Positions 20,057 to 28,027 of a stretch of 64,000 nucleotides of DNA are shown here, piece by piece. How positions within the stretch are numbered: the first letter of the stretch is position 1; each line of letters starts with the position of its first letter. This DNA comes from an uncultured Chloroflexia bacterium (lineage in GTDB: Bacteria > Chloroflexota > Ktedonobacteria > Ktedonobacterales > JADMIN01). Where the stretch lies: contig CAVQGK010000018.1 of the NCBI GenBank assembly GCA_963712005.1, forward strand, positions 105,503-169,502, given 5' to 3'. A model generated the notes under the pieces. It made no database searches, was not told the DNA's origin, and saw nothing but the letters and a program-made list of their open reading frames with translations. Made by a program: the position numbers and the translations under genes.

Positions 20057-20104
20057 GCCTCCATCCTATCACCCCCTCCAGGGCGAGTTCATAACAGCCT
20101 CTAG
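19226..20104 (-). mobile_element. IS5-family insertion sequence (~0.88 kb) flanked by CTAG
   Basis: Terminal inverted repeats GAGCCTGTTATG (19229-19240) and CATAACAGCCTC (20090-20101) have one mismatch. CTAG is present at 19226-19229 and at 20101-20104. Confidence 0.8.
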
Positions 20105-20118
20105 TACTACAGTGACGG

Positions 20119-20715
20119 TTACGTGACGAACGGGGCGTCAGCCTCCGGGTGCAGGATGCCCAGGATGGTGTCCCAGAGACCGCGGGTGCGCCAGAGGCTG
20201 TAGCGCTGGTAAAGAATTGGCCATCGGATGGCCGAGGCTGGAGCTGGGGCTGGGGCTGGGGCTGGGGCTGGGGCTGGGGCTGGGGCTGGGGCTGGGGCTG
20301 GGGCTGGGGCTGGGGCTGGGGCTCGCCAACTGCGCCCGCTGCGCATCACGGCGAGGATCCCCTCCAGGACGCCCCGATGTGGGTAGCTTGTGCGCCAGCG
20401 CGCCAGCTGCAGCGGAGGCAGCAGCGGGGCAATCTGGTCCCAGGCAGCCTCGCTAAGGGCCGCTGTTCCGGCCAACTGGGACGCAGGTCCCGGTGCTGCC
20501 GGATCACGGGTGACTTCCCAACGCTCCGGGGTCTGGTCTCGCGCCCGCCGCAGGGCATGCGCGTGTCCTGCACCCGCTTGGTGGGTGCGCCGAAAGCGCG
20601 ACCAGGCTAGCAGGTGCCGCTGCTGCTCCGGTGCGGTTGCCGCCGCACAGACGAAGCGGCGTATCTCCGGGACGCTCAGCGGAACGAGGGCGTTTGCTTT
20701 CATGCCTCCCCCTTT
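20119..20715 (-). CDS. Downstream -1 frame of IS701-like copy A: transposase C-tail plus DUF4096-like HTH with an (AP)n insertion
   Basis: The -1 frame reads ...RKGGGMKANALVPLSVPEIRRF...WSRFRRTHQ... then LSEAAWDQIAPLLPP...GILAVMRSGRSWR(AP)nASAIRWPILYQRYSLWRTRGLW. It is entered at the heptamer A_AAG_GGG (20709-20715). Confidence 0.55.
   Translation of the reverse strand, partial: KGGGMKANALVPLSVPEIRRFVCAAATAPEQQRHLLAWSRFRRTHQAGAGHAHALRRARDQTPERWEVTRDPAAPGPASQLAGTAALSEAAWDQIAPLLPPLQLARWRTSYPHRGVLEGILAVMRSGRSWRAPAPAPAPAPAPAPAPAPAPAPAPAPAPASAIRWPILYQRYSLWRTRGLWDTILGILHPEADAPFVT
20234..20323. repeat. Hexanucleotide microsatellite (GGGGCT), 13 perfect plus 2 degenerate units
   Basis: Direct reading: gaggct ggagct then ggggct x13 (20246-20323). 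On the minus strand it translates as (AP)n. Confidence 0.95.
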
Positions 20716-21911
20716 TCGTGCCGCCTGGTAGTGGGCGCAGGTGGCGTGGGAGTGAGACGGGCGCGGGCGACTTCGAGGGCCGCGTGCGTCAGCAGGGCCA
20801 AGGTCATATGGCGCAGCCACGCATCGTAGCGACGGACTTCGTACTCGTCCAGACCGACCTCCCCCTTCGCCTGCTCAAAGGCCACCTCAATCGTCCAGCG
20901 CCGCCCCGCTACCCCTACCAGCTCCTCCAACGGGGTCACTTCAGGCCCGTACGCCCGGAAATACTTCAACTCCGGTGCCGCAGCGAGCTGCTGGGGGTCG
21001 GGCCGCTCGGGCAGGCTGCGCCGTATCAGCAGCCACTGCGCCCGTCCCGGCGCCACATCCACGTAGGGCAGGCGCAGCCACGCCCACTCATACCAGCGCG
21101 GCCCTTGGCTCCCCTGTCCAGCGCTCAATCGGGTCCAGGCTCGGGCGGGCAGGGCCGCAGCCAACGCAACCACCGTGCGTGGACGCCCCCGACTCCACAC
21201 GGTATGGCTGCTGGTCACTCCCAGGACATAGGCGCGGTCCTGCCCTTCGAGCCAGCCGCGCAGCTCATCGCTGCCACAAACGGTGTCGCCGACGACCCAG
21301 CGGGCCGGTACCCCGGCCGCAAATGCGCGCGCCAGCATCACGCGGGCCAGCTCTCCCTTCGTCGCAAAGGCCACCTCGGCAGGAATATGGGCTTCGGCCC
21401 GGCGCGCGCCGTCCGCCGCCCAGGCTTCGGGCAGATACAGCGCCCGGTCCAGGAAGGCCGCTCCGCGGGCGCTGGCATAGAGCAGAAACACCCCGATCTG
21501 CTGATTCTCGCGCCGCCCCGCCGTCCCGCTATACTGGCGTGCCACCCCCGCCGACTTGGTCCCCTTCTTCACGAAACCCGTCTCATCGACCACCAACACG
21601 CCACTGGCTTCCTCGCCCAAATGCTCCACCACATACGCGCGCAGCGTATCCCGGACCGCCTCCGCGTCCCAGCCAGCGTCGGTAAACAGCCGCTGGACCC
21701 CTTGGGGACCGGGCTCGCCCAGCGCCTCGGCCAGCTGCCAGCTATTACGTCGCTCCACCGGACCGAGCAACCCTGCCAGATACCGCCGGGCTCGCTCGCG
21801 CATCTCGTTGCGGTGAAAGGCGCGGCCAATGCGCGCCTGGATCTCGTCGAGGGTTGTCCGTACCACGCTCGCTTCTTCTGGTGTTTCCTCTACTGCCTTC
21901 CCCATGAGCAC
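20700..21911 (-). CDS. IS701-family DDE transposase (copy A)
   Basis: 403-aa ORF with VVDETGFVKKGTKSAGVARQYSGTAGRRENQQIGVFL...WVVGDTVCG...RWTIEVAFEQAKGEVGLDEYEVR, the IS701/DDE_5-type catalytic core. Confidence 0.9.
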   Translation of the reverse strand: MLMGKAVEETPEEASVVRTTLDEIQARIGRAFHRNEMRERARRYLAGLLGPVERRNSWQLAEALGEPGPQGVQRLFTDAGWDAEAVRDTLRAYVVEHLGEEASGVLVVDETGFVKKGTKSAGVARQYSGTAGRRENQQIGVFLLYASARGAAFLDRALYLPEAWAADGARRAEAHIPAEVAFATKGELARVMLARAFAAGVPARWVVGDTVCGSDELRGWLEGQDRAYVLGVTSSHTVWSRGRPRTVVALAAALPARAWTRLSAGQGSQGPRWYEWAWLRLPYVDVAPGRAQWLLIRRSLPERPDPQQLAAAPELKYFRAYGPEVTPLEELVGVAGRRWTIEVAFEQAKGEVGLDEYEVRRYDAWLRHMTLALLTHAALEVARARLTPTPPAPTTRRHEKGEA

Positions 21912-22152
21912 TCCTCCCTCCAGCTCTCTCGGGAAGTGTACCCATCTTGTCTCTAACCGTCACTGTAGTACTAGATAGAGGCAGGAAAATATATAGACTT
22001 GCCATTCCCTTGCTTGAATGCTATATTGCCTGTGAGCTATCGCTCTCGCCCTGGGGCATCATGGCGTGGAGCGCGACCCCTGGAAGCTCCTGGTGTGAAT
22101 CGGGAGAGATGTCACACCGTCGTGTTCTGCCATAGAAACACGACAAAACTTG

Positions 22153-22183
22153 GCTCCCTATTCACATAGGGAGCAATTTTATT
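22153..22183. terminator. Bidirectional stem-loop (gctcccta-ttcaca-tagggagc) with T-rich flanks
   Basis: Perfect 8-bp stem. On the plus strand it is followed by aattttatt; on the minus strand by caagttttgtcgtgtttc, 5 nt after the minus-strand stop at 22179. Confidence 0.5.
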
Positions 22184-22262
22184 GGTGCGCCTCGGTCAGC
22201 TCCTGGAACGAGCGGCTCTTGATGCCTTTCTCGACCGCGATGATCTGATTCAGCTTTGCCAT
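22179..22262 (-). pseudogene. 27-codon N-terminal remnant of a conserved hypothetical gene
   Basis: MAKLNQIIAVEKGIKSRSFQELTEAHQ* looks like the start of a longer protein. It stops abruptly and runs into a terminator hairpin next to the IS cluster. Confidence 0.4.
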
Positions 22263-22402
22263 GGTATGCCCCCGTTCCGTTCCCGCCCGCTGGCGAACAG
22301 CAACAACAAACCGACCAGGGAGTATACCACATGTGGCTGGACCTGAAACAATCAACTCAGATATGATTGGCTCAGGTCCGGGAGAGCGCACGTGTTCGTG
22401 CT

Positions 22403-22831
22403 TTACTTTGCGGCGAACGCCGAGCGCAGACGTCTGCCGTTGATGATTAGCACGACGCCGAGCAGGAGCAGCCCACAGACGCCCTGCTCGATCTTCAGCC
22501 ACAGCGGGAACGGATCGGGAAGCGCGATGATGGCCACGATGGCCACCAACATGACCGCGGAGACGATTCGCAGCCGCAGATACCCGCCCCTGGAGCCGCG
22601 CGCCATCATCGCGGCAAGAAGGGTCGTGAGCAGGGCGCTGGCCGCAACAATGGTTCCCCGGACCCAGACGGCTGGGGTCACCACTGCTGAGTTGTCGCGC
22701 AGCACTATAATCGCCACCAGGGTGAGTACGCTGATACCGAGATAACCGCCGACCAGCAATTTCGCGGAGCGGAGCGCCCGCTGGCTCTGTGGATGATTCA
22801 GGTGTGCCTCGGTGAGGCTTCGCGTCGTCAT
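22403..22831 (-). CDS. Four-TM membrane protein of unknown function
   Basis: 142-aa hydrophobic ORF, divergent from the adjacent two-component system. Confidence 0.55.
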   Translation of the reverse strand: MTTRSLTEAHLNHPQSQRALRSAKLLVGGYLGISVLTLVAIIVLRDNSAVVTPAVWVRGTIVAASALLTTLLAAMMARGSRGGYLRLRIVSAVMLVAIVAIIALPDPFPLWLKIEQGVCGLLLLGVVLIINGRRLRSAFAAK

Positions 22832-23135
22832 GTGAAGATCCTTTCTGTTTCGCGTCGGTTATTGCTCTCTGGCAAGCCCGACGCGCTGAGTATAGGGGGG
22901 TGGAGCGGGGCAGCACATGACCCTACGGTCACGTCGCGGGGCCTATTTTGAGGCGTGTGGGTGGCAGTGGGGCCTATGACTGGCGTCATAGGCCGATGGG
23001 GGCCAGAGCGTGACTACACGCACTGGCGGGCACGAAGCTCAGCGCCATATACTGACACCAGTCCAGGATGATCGCAGCACGAACCAGTGGAAAACGCGCG
23101 CGTTTGTCCGTGTCTCCGCAACATCAGGTAGACCC

Positions 23136-24434
23136 ATGACGTCAATGCAGGCTCAGAAGATCACGACTTCCACACCATCGGCGCTCCGATTCTCGCGGTG
23201 GGTTGTCCGTCGGTGGATTGTGTATTTCGTCTTCGGTATCGCCTACCTCTCCAGGGTCTTGACTACCGAGCGGCTGACCCTGGTCAGCTTCCTGCTGCTC
23301 ACCATCACCTATGGCGCCTGGCTGGTAATCTTCCAGCTGGGAGGGCGACTCGACGAACGCCCGCCGCGCCGGTGGTGGTTCATTGGCCTCTTTGGCCTGG
23401 CCTGCGCTTCCCAATTCATCGCCATCTCAAGCGCGAGCCTGGCGTGGCTCCCGATCCTGACGACGATGACGGCGTGCTTGCTGACAGGGATCACCCCACG
23501 CGCTCTCAGCCTGCTGGCGGCCGGGGGCCTCTGGCTAAGCTCCAGTCTCGCGTTCGCTCTCATCATGCATGGCTGGGATCTGAACGCCCAGCTCACGCTG
23601 CTACTCTCGTTCGGCTCCTTCGTGGGATTCAGCATGATGTTCCGTGAGCTTCTGCTGGCCCATAAGGCGCTGGAAGGCTCGAATGCCGCATTGGCGGTAG
23701 CCCACAGCCAACTGCAGGCGTATAGCGCCCAGATGGAGGAGGTGGCGGCTATCCGCGAGCGCAACCGCATTGCGCGCGAGATTCACGATACGCTTGGCCA
23801 CTCGCTGACCTTGCTGGCAGTCCAGCTGGAAACCGCGACACAGTTCGAGGCGCGGGGCGATCCGGGTCTGCACGAGGAGTTACGGGAGGCGCAGCGAGTG
23901 GCGAAAGGCTGCCTGGCGGATGTGCGGCACTCCGTGGCGGCGCTGCGGCCCGACAATGCCTCTGCCGATTCGCTTCAGGACGGGTTGCGGTCGTTGGTCG
24001 CGGAATTTGCCATGACCTGCCGTGACATCGCGATTGAGCTGGACCTCGACGAGGCGACGCGGCCTTTGAGTCCAGAGATCTCCATGACGCTCTACCGCTG
24101 CGCGCAAGAGGCGCTGACCAATATTCGCAAACATGCCCGCGCCACCAAAGTACTGGTCTCCTTAACTACCAGCGATGAGCCAGCGAGTCAGGTGGAACTG
24201 ACCATGCTGGACAACGGCCAGGGAGCCGCCGACCAGAACGAAGCGCACGAAGCAAACGAAGCGCAGCCAGCGGGCTATGGCTTGCTAGGCATGCGCGAGC
24301 GGGTTGCGCTCCTCAGCGGCACGGTCATAGCCGGACCTGGGCCAGCGCAGGGCTGGCGCGTAGAGGTGGTGATCCCGCTCACGCCTCCGGTCGCGCACGT
24401 AGCAGGGGATGAAGCAAGGGATGAGGGTGTGTAA
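23136..24434 (+). CDS. NarL-type (HisKA_3) sensor histidine kinase
   Basis: Multiple N-terminal TM helices, the H-box REIHDTLGHSLTLLAVQLE, and an ATPase region (QEALTNIRKHA...GYGLLGMRERVALLSG). ATG at 23136. Confidence 0.85.
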   Translation: MTSMQAQKITTSTPSALRFSRWVVRRWIVYFVFGIAYLSRVLTTERLTLVSFLLLTITYGAWLVIFQLGGRLDERPPRRWWFIGLFGLACASQFIAISSASLAWLPILTTMTACLLTGITPRALSLLAAGGLWLSSSLAFALIMHGWDLNAQLTLLLSFGSFVGFSMMFRELLLAHKALEGSNAALAVAHSQLQAYSAQMEEVAAIRERNRIAREIHDTLGHSLTLLAVQLETATQFEARGDPGLHEELREAQRVAKGCLADVRHSVAALRPDNASADSLQDGLRSLVAEFAMTCRDIAIELDLDEATRPLSPEISMTLYRCAQEALTNIRKHARATKVLVSLTTSDEPASQVELTMLDNGQGAADQNEAHEANEAQPAGYGLLGMRERVALLSGTVIAGPGPAQGWRVEVVIPLTPPVAHVAGDEARDEGV

Positions 24435-25165
24435 TGACCGAGCCGATCCAGGTTTCCCATGTGTTGCGGGTATTGATCGTCGACGACCAGCGCCTGCTCT
24501 GCGAGGGCTTTCGCAAATTGATCGAGCTGGAGCCGGACCTGGAGGTCGTCGGCATGGCGGGTGATGGCGAGGGAGCCCTCGCGACCATCGAACGTCTCGC
24601 GGCTGCCCACACTCCACCCGACGTCGTCCTCATGGATGTGCGCATGCCCCGTCTGGATGGCATCACGGCGACGCGCATCGTCCGGGAGCGCTGGCCCGAG
24701 ATCCATGTGGTTATCCTGACCACCTTCGACGAACGCGATCTCATCCAGGCGGGTCTGCAAGCGGGCGCGCAGGGCTACGTGCTCAAAGATATCAGCGCCG
24801 AGCAGCTCGCCGCGGTTATTCGGGCGGCCGCCCAGGGGCAGGTGCTCCTCCATCCCGAGGTGGCCAGCGCCGTGCTGGCCTCGCTCTCGTCCTCCGCGTC
24901 CACCCCATCAGCTCCGGGCGAGCTTGCCGCGACCGCTCCCTCCTCCTCGACGATCGTGGGTATGGGCCTGTTTGCGCCGTTGACCGAGCGGGAGCGAGAG
25001 ATCCTGTCCCTGCTGGCACGCGGCGCCTCCAATCGCGAGATCAGCCAGTCCCTCTTCATCGCCAGCGGCACAGTCAAAAACCACCTCAGCAACATTATGG
25101 GCAAGCTGGGTGTGCGCGACCGCACGCAGGCAGCGCTGAAAGCCAGAGAACTCGGCTTTCTGTAG
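24434..25165 (+). CDS. NarL/LuxR-family response regulator
   Basis: Receiver domain (VLIVDDQ...VVLMDVRMPRLDG...ILTTF) plus LuxR HTH (LTEREREILSLLARGASNREISQSLFIASGTVKNHLSNIM). Start overlaps the kinase stop (gtgTAATGa). Confidence 0.9.
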   Translation: MTEPIQVSHVLRVLIVDDQRLLCEGFRKLIELEPDLEVVGMAGDGEGALATIERLAAAHTPPDVVLMDVRMPRLDGITATRIVRERWPEIHVVILTTFDERDLIQAGLQAGAQGYVLKDISAEQLAAVIRAAAQGQVLLHPEVASAVLASLSSSASTPSAPGELAATAPSSSTIVGMGLFAPLTEREREILSLLARGASNREISQSLFIASGTVKNHLSNIMGKLGVRDRTQAALKARELGFL

Positions 25166-25239
25166 CGAGGCACGGATAGCAAGCCGCGCGTGTGAGGCTA
25201 CATCAAACCAGTGGCCCTGGGCTTACCTCCACCATCGCA

Positions 25240-26460
25240 TCAATGCTCAACGTTGACGAGAGAAGACATCTGCTGATCGCGCTCCCAATAGACTGTGCCG
25301 CGCGATCCATCGAGCGCGGCGAGGCGTTCCGGCACGTTCGGCCCGAACATATTGGGCGGCGCGAAGAGGCTGACGAAGACGACACCTTGTTCCTGAGCAA
25401 TCGAATCGACGCGATAGCCGGGGAACTCAACTTGCCATAGCCTTGCCCCGTTCGCCATGCTCAGCGCGATGAAATGCTGGTGCTGGCCATCGGTGTCCGT
25501 GACGTATAGGGCTGTCGGCGTCTGCATCATACTGTTCCATCCCGCATAGGAGCCGTCCGCGCTCCATATGATGCTCCCTGTCACTGCGTCAAGGCAGGCG
25601 ACACTGTGTATGCCGCCGAGAATACCGAGGGTGATCGTCTGGTCATCGACGCCGACGATGCCGCCCGCCATATCCTGGCGCCAGAGCTGCCTGCCAATGC
25701 GCGCGGCGTAGGCAATGAGGCCGGTTTGGTCTGTGAGGTACACGGCGGTATGGTTGATGCCGATAGTGCGGACATCATTCGCGCCCCCAGAGGAAGAATC
25801 GTCTCCCTGCCAGAGAAGTTGCCCATCGTCCTCTTGATAGACCGCCACATGCGTCGTGTCGCCCTGGGGGTCAGGAAGCGTCGCGACGGCGAGGCCATCC
25901 CTGACGGCGAGCGGCCACATCGCTGGCTCATCCAGATGCCAACGCACAGCGCCCGTCGTCGCGGCGAGTGCGTAGAGCCCCGTAGTTGGATCGGTGACCA
26001 GCACCGTTATGCGATCGGTCGCGATGCGGAAATCCCGGTCGTCGGTTCCATCTCCGGTAGGCAGCGTCACTTGCCAGAGGATACGCCCATCCGTGGCGCG
26101 GACCGCAGCCACAGTGCCCGTTTGATCCACGGAGCCTTGTGACCCCGGAACGACGCCCCCTTCTGCATAGATAATGCCGTTGACCTCCACTGGCGGAACC
26201 TGCGAGTTAGGCTCTCCCGTGGTGGCGTGCCACGCATAGGCGCCATCGCGCGCCCGCAGGCCAGTCAGCCCCGGTGTTGCGGGCGGATTGGACTCGCCAA
26301 CCGCGTACGGGACTGTGATATCCGCGGGAAGCGGCGCGGGAGCATTGAAGACGCTGGAGGTATGTGTCGCCGTTCCGCATCCCGCCATGACGCCTGGAGT
26401 GACACACAGAACAAAGCTGAGAACAGCGATGACCCATCGAGACGTTCTCGTATCAACCAC
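25240..26460 (-). CDS. PQQ-like beta-propeller repeat lipoprotein
   Basis: Signal/lipobox GVMAGCG, then repeated ...G..LW... blades (ILWQVTLP, VRWHLDEP, LLWQGDDS, QLWRQDMA, IIWSADGS, RLWQVEFP). Confidence 0.75.
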   Translation of the reverse strand: MVDTRTSRWVIAVLSFVLCVTPGVMAGCGTATHTSSVFNAPAPLPADITVPYAVGESNPPATPGLTGLRARDGAYAWHATTGEPNSQVPPVEVNGIIYAEGGVVPGSQGSVDQTGTVAAVRATDGRILWQVTLPTGDGTDDRDFRIATDRITVLVTDPTTGLYALAATTGAVRWHLDEPAMWPLAVRDGLAVATLPDPQGDTTHVAVYQEDDGQLLWQGDDSSSGGANDVRTIGINHTAVYLTDQTGLIAYAARIGRQLWRQDMAGGIVGVDDQTITLGILGGIHSVACLDAVTGSIIWSADGSYAGWNSMMQTPTALYVTDTDGQHQHFIALSMANGARLWQVEFPGYRVDSIAQEQGVVFVSLFAPPNMFGPNVPERLAALDGSRGTVYWERDQQMSSLVNVEH

Positions 26461-26530
26461 GACACACTCCGATCAGATCACGTGCGAGCGCAGGCGCGTA
26501 CAGGCAGGGGCGCGTCGGCGTATGAATGGC

Positions 26531-27181
26531 TCAGGATTGCACCGAGGGGAGCGAAGTGGCCGAACGTGACTTGCGCCGCAGACTGATCGAGCGCCAGATG
26601 CGCCAGACACCGTATGCAAGATAGAGGAGCAGGATCGCGAGCAGAACGACCACAATGACCAGATGCGTCTGGGCCAATCGCACGTCCCGCGCATACGTGT
26701 AGAGCGGATTGGAGTAGTCTGTGCCTGCCTGAGGCACGGGGATAGTCCATAAGAACAGAAGAGGCGACAACAAGGTGAGCGCGCCCGCGACCGCAGCAGC
26801 GATGATCCAGCCGCGCTGGCGCGACAACGCTGAGAGAACCACTACGCCGATGCCAAGCCCCAGGAGCACAGGCAGTGCGAGCAGCTACCAGTAAATTATC
26901 GCAAAGCTGATCCCCAACGAAGCCCAACTCTGTGGCTCCGCAAGCTCCAGCTTGAGGCTCTGCCGCATCCCTAGCAACATCAACACCGAGAACCACACAT
27001 AGTATGCTGCGCCGAGGATCGTCAGGACGGTGAAGGCAATGCCGCGTCCCCACTTCCAGTCGATCACGGCAACCAGGACGTTGATCAGCAGCAAGACCCC
27101 GACAGCCAGGATGTATTTCTTGGGTTGGTCAGCGGGAGAGACAATGAAATTCAGGAAGTTGAAGAAACCTTCATAAAACAT
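26531..27181 (-). pseudogene. Polytopic membrane protein interrupted by an in-frame TAG (26885-26887)
   Basis: ORFs 26885..27181 and 26531..26869 share one frame. Read-through gives ...SFAIIYW*LLALPVLLGLGIGVVVLSAL..., a continuous hydrophobic protein. Confidence 0.5.
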
Positions 27182-27262
27182 CGCGCGGCCTCCCCTGGGC
27201 GGGTACGTCCCTGGCTAGCGTATCGTGCCGGTCATGGCTTGAACTCGCCCCTCATGTCGCTG

Positions 27263-27757
27263 TCAGAACCCGTTCATCGAGGCGATGAGGAAAAGCGCAA
27301 TCACACCGAGAAAGGCCAGCAGGCTCAGATAGCCCACGACCAGTCCGACGATGGCCATCCAGCGGCGCGCGGCCCGGCGCGAGTAGCGTTTGGCGATCAC
27401 CAGCGCGACATGCCCCGTCGCGATGGCCGTGAGCATCGCCGGAAGACCCAGTGTTCCCAGGCCGCCACCGATCGTGAAGAAGAGCGCCATAGCCCTCTGC
27501 GGAATCAGGTGGTTGGCCACCGCGACCGCTCCCAGCAGGTTAATAGTGACGGCCAGTGGAAAGATAAGGCTGGCAAGCAGCGAGACGAGCGCCAGCACGT
27601 TGCGGCCGGAGTCGCTGGGGAGTGTGGCGTTCTCGCCGGGCATTGGCGTCCAGACGGTGGGCATATCGCTAGACGGATCAGGCGCCATCGACATGCGCGA
27701 TGCTGGTGGCGTAGCAGATGTTGGCAGTGTCATCGTGGCTTTCCTTTCGCGGCTCAC
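27263..27757 (-). CDS. DUF4190-like membrane protein with Pro/Ser-rich N-terminus
   Basis: 164-aa ORF with four TM helices, ending in GLVVGYLSLLAFLGVIALFLIA. The start is uncertain. Confidence 0.5.
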   Translation of the reverse strand: MSRERKATMTLPTSATPPASRMSMAPDPSSDMPTVWTPMPGENATLPSDSGRNVLALVSLLASLIFPLAVTINLLGAVAVANHLIPQRAMALFFTIGGGLGTLGLPAMLTAIATGHVALVIAKRYSRRAARRWMAIVGLVVGYLSLLAFLGVIALFLIASMNGF

Positions 27758-27920
27758 AACAGCCAGAACAGACCTCGCGTTAGCGGTGTATCAGCGGTTA
27801 TTGGTAGTGTGCCCGAAGTGGACCGCGGATACCACGGAGCATCCGCACGATGACTCGCAGAACCAGCCGCAGAATGAGCGCAGAACATGCCGCGATGATC
27901 CGCAAGAGGCGGAGAAGAGC

Positions 27921-27949
27921 TTGACAGATGCCTGCGCGCCATGTATAAA
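27921..27949 (+). promoter_or_regulatory. Sigma-70-like promoter (TTGACA-17-TATAAA) of the ArsR-family gene
   Basis: TTGACA at 27921-27926, a 17-nt spacer, then TATAAA at 27944-27949. The inverted repeat GCATAA-N6-TTATGC (27969-27986) follows. Confidence 0.45.
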
Positions 27950-28027
27950 CCATGTAAGTCACTTAAATGCATAATGCGATTTATGCTCACCGCATACCAT
28001 TTATCCCGGAATGAGAGGAGCGCATCC

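Larger units (their letters stand above)
20105..21970 (-). mobile_element. IS701-like insertion sequence, copy A (1866 bp), CTAG target duplication
   Basis: Perfect 16-bp terminal inverted repeats tactacagtgacggtt (20105-20120) and aaccgtcactgtagta (21955-21970), flanked by CTAG at 20101-20104 and 21971-21974. Confidence 0.85.

Noticed and set aside
20234-20323. CRISPR-like array (also considered for 55111-55180)
   Set aside because: Both are head-to-tail 6-bp and 10-bp tandem repeats with no spacers, and no cas genes are nearby. They are microsatellite or minisatellite tracts.
20631-21956. 441-aa plus-strand ORF
   Set aside because: It is antisense to the IS701-type transposase, which has clear family motifs. 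The ORF is Arg/Pro/Gly-rich, as is typical of spurious antisense frames in GC-rich DNA.
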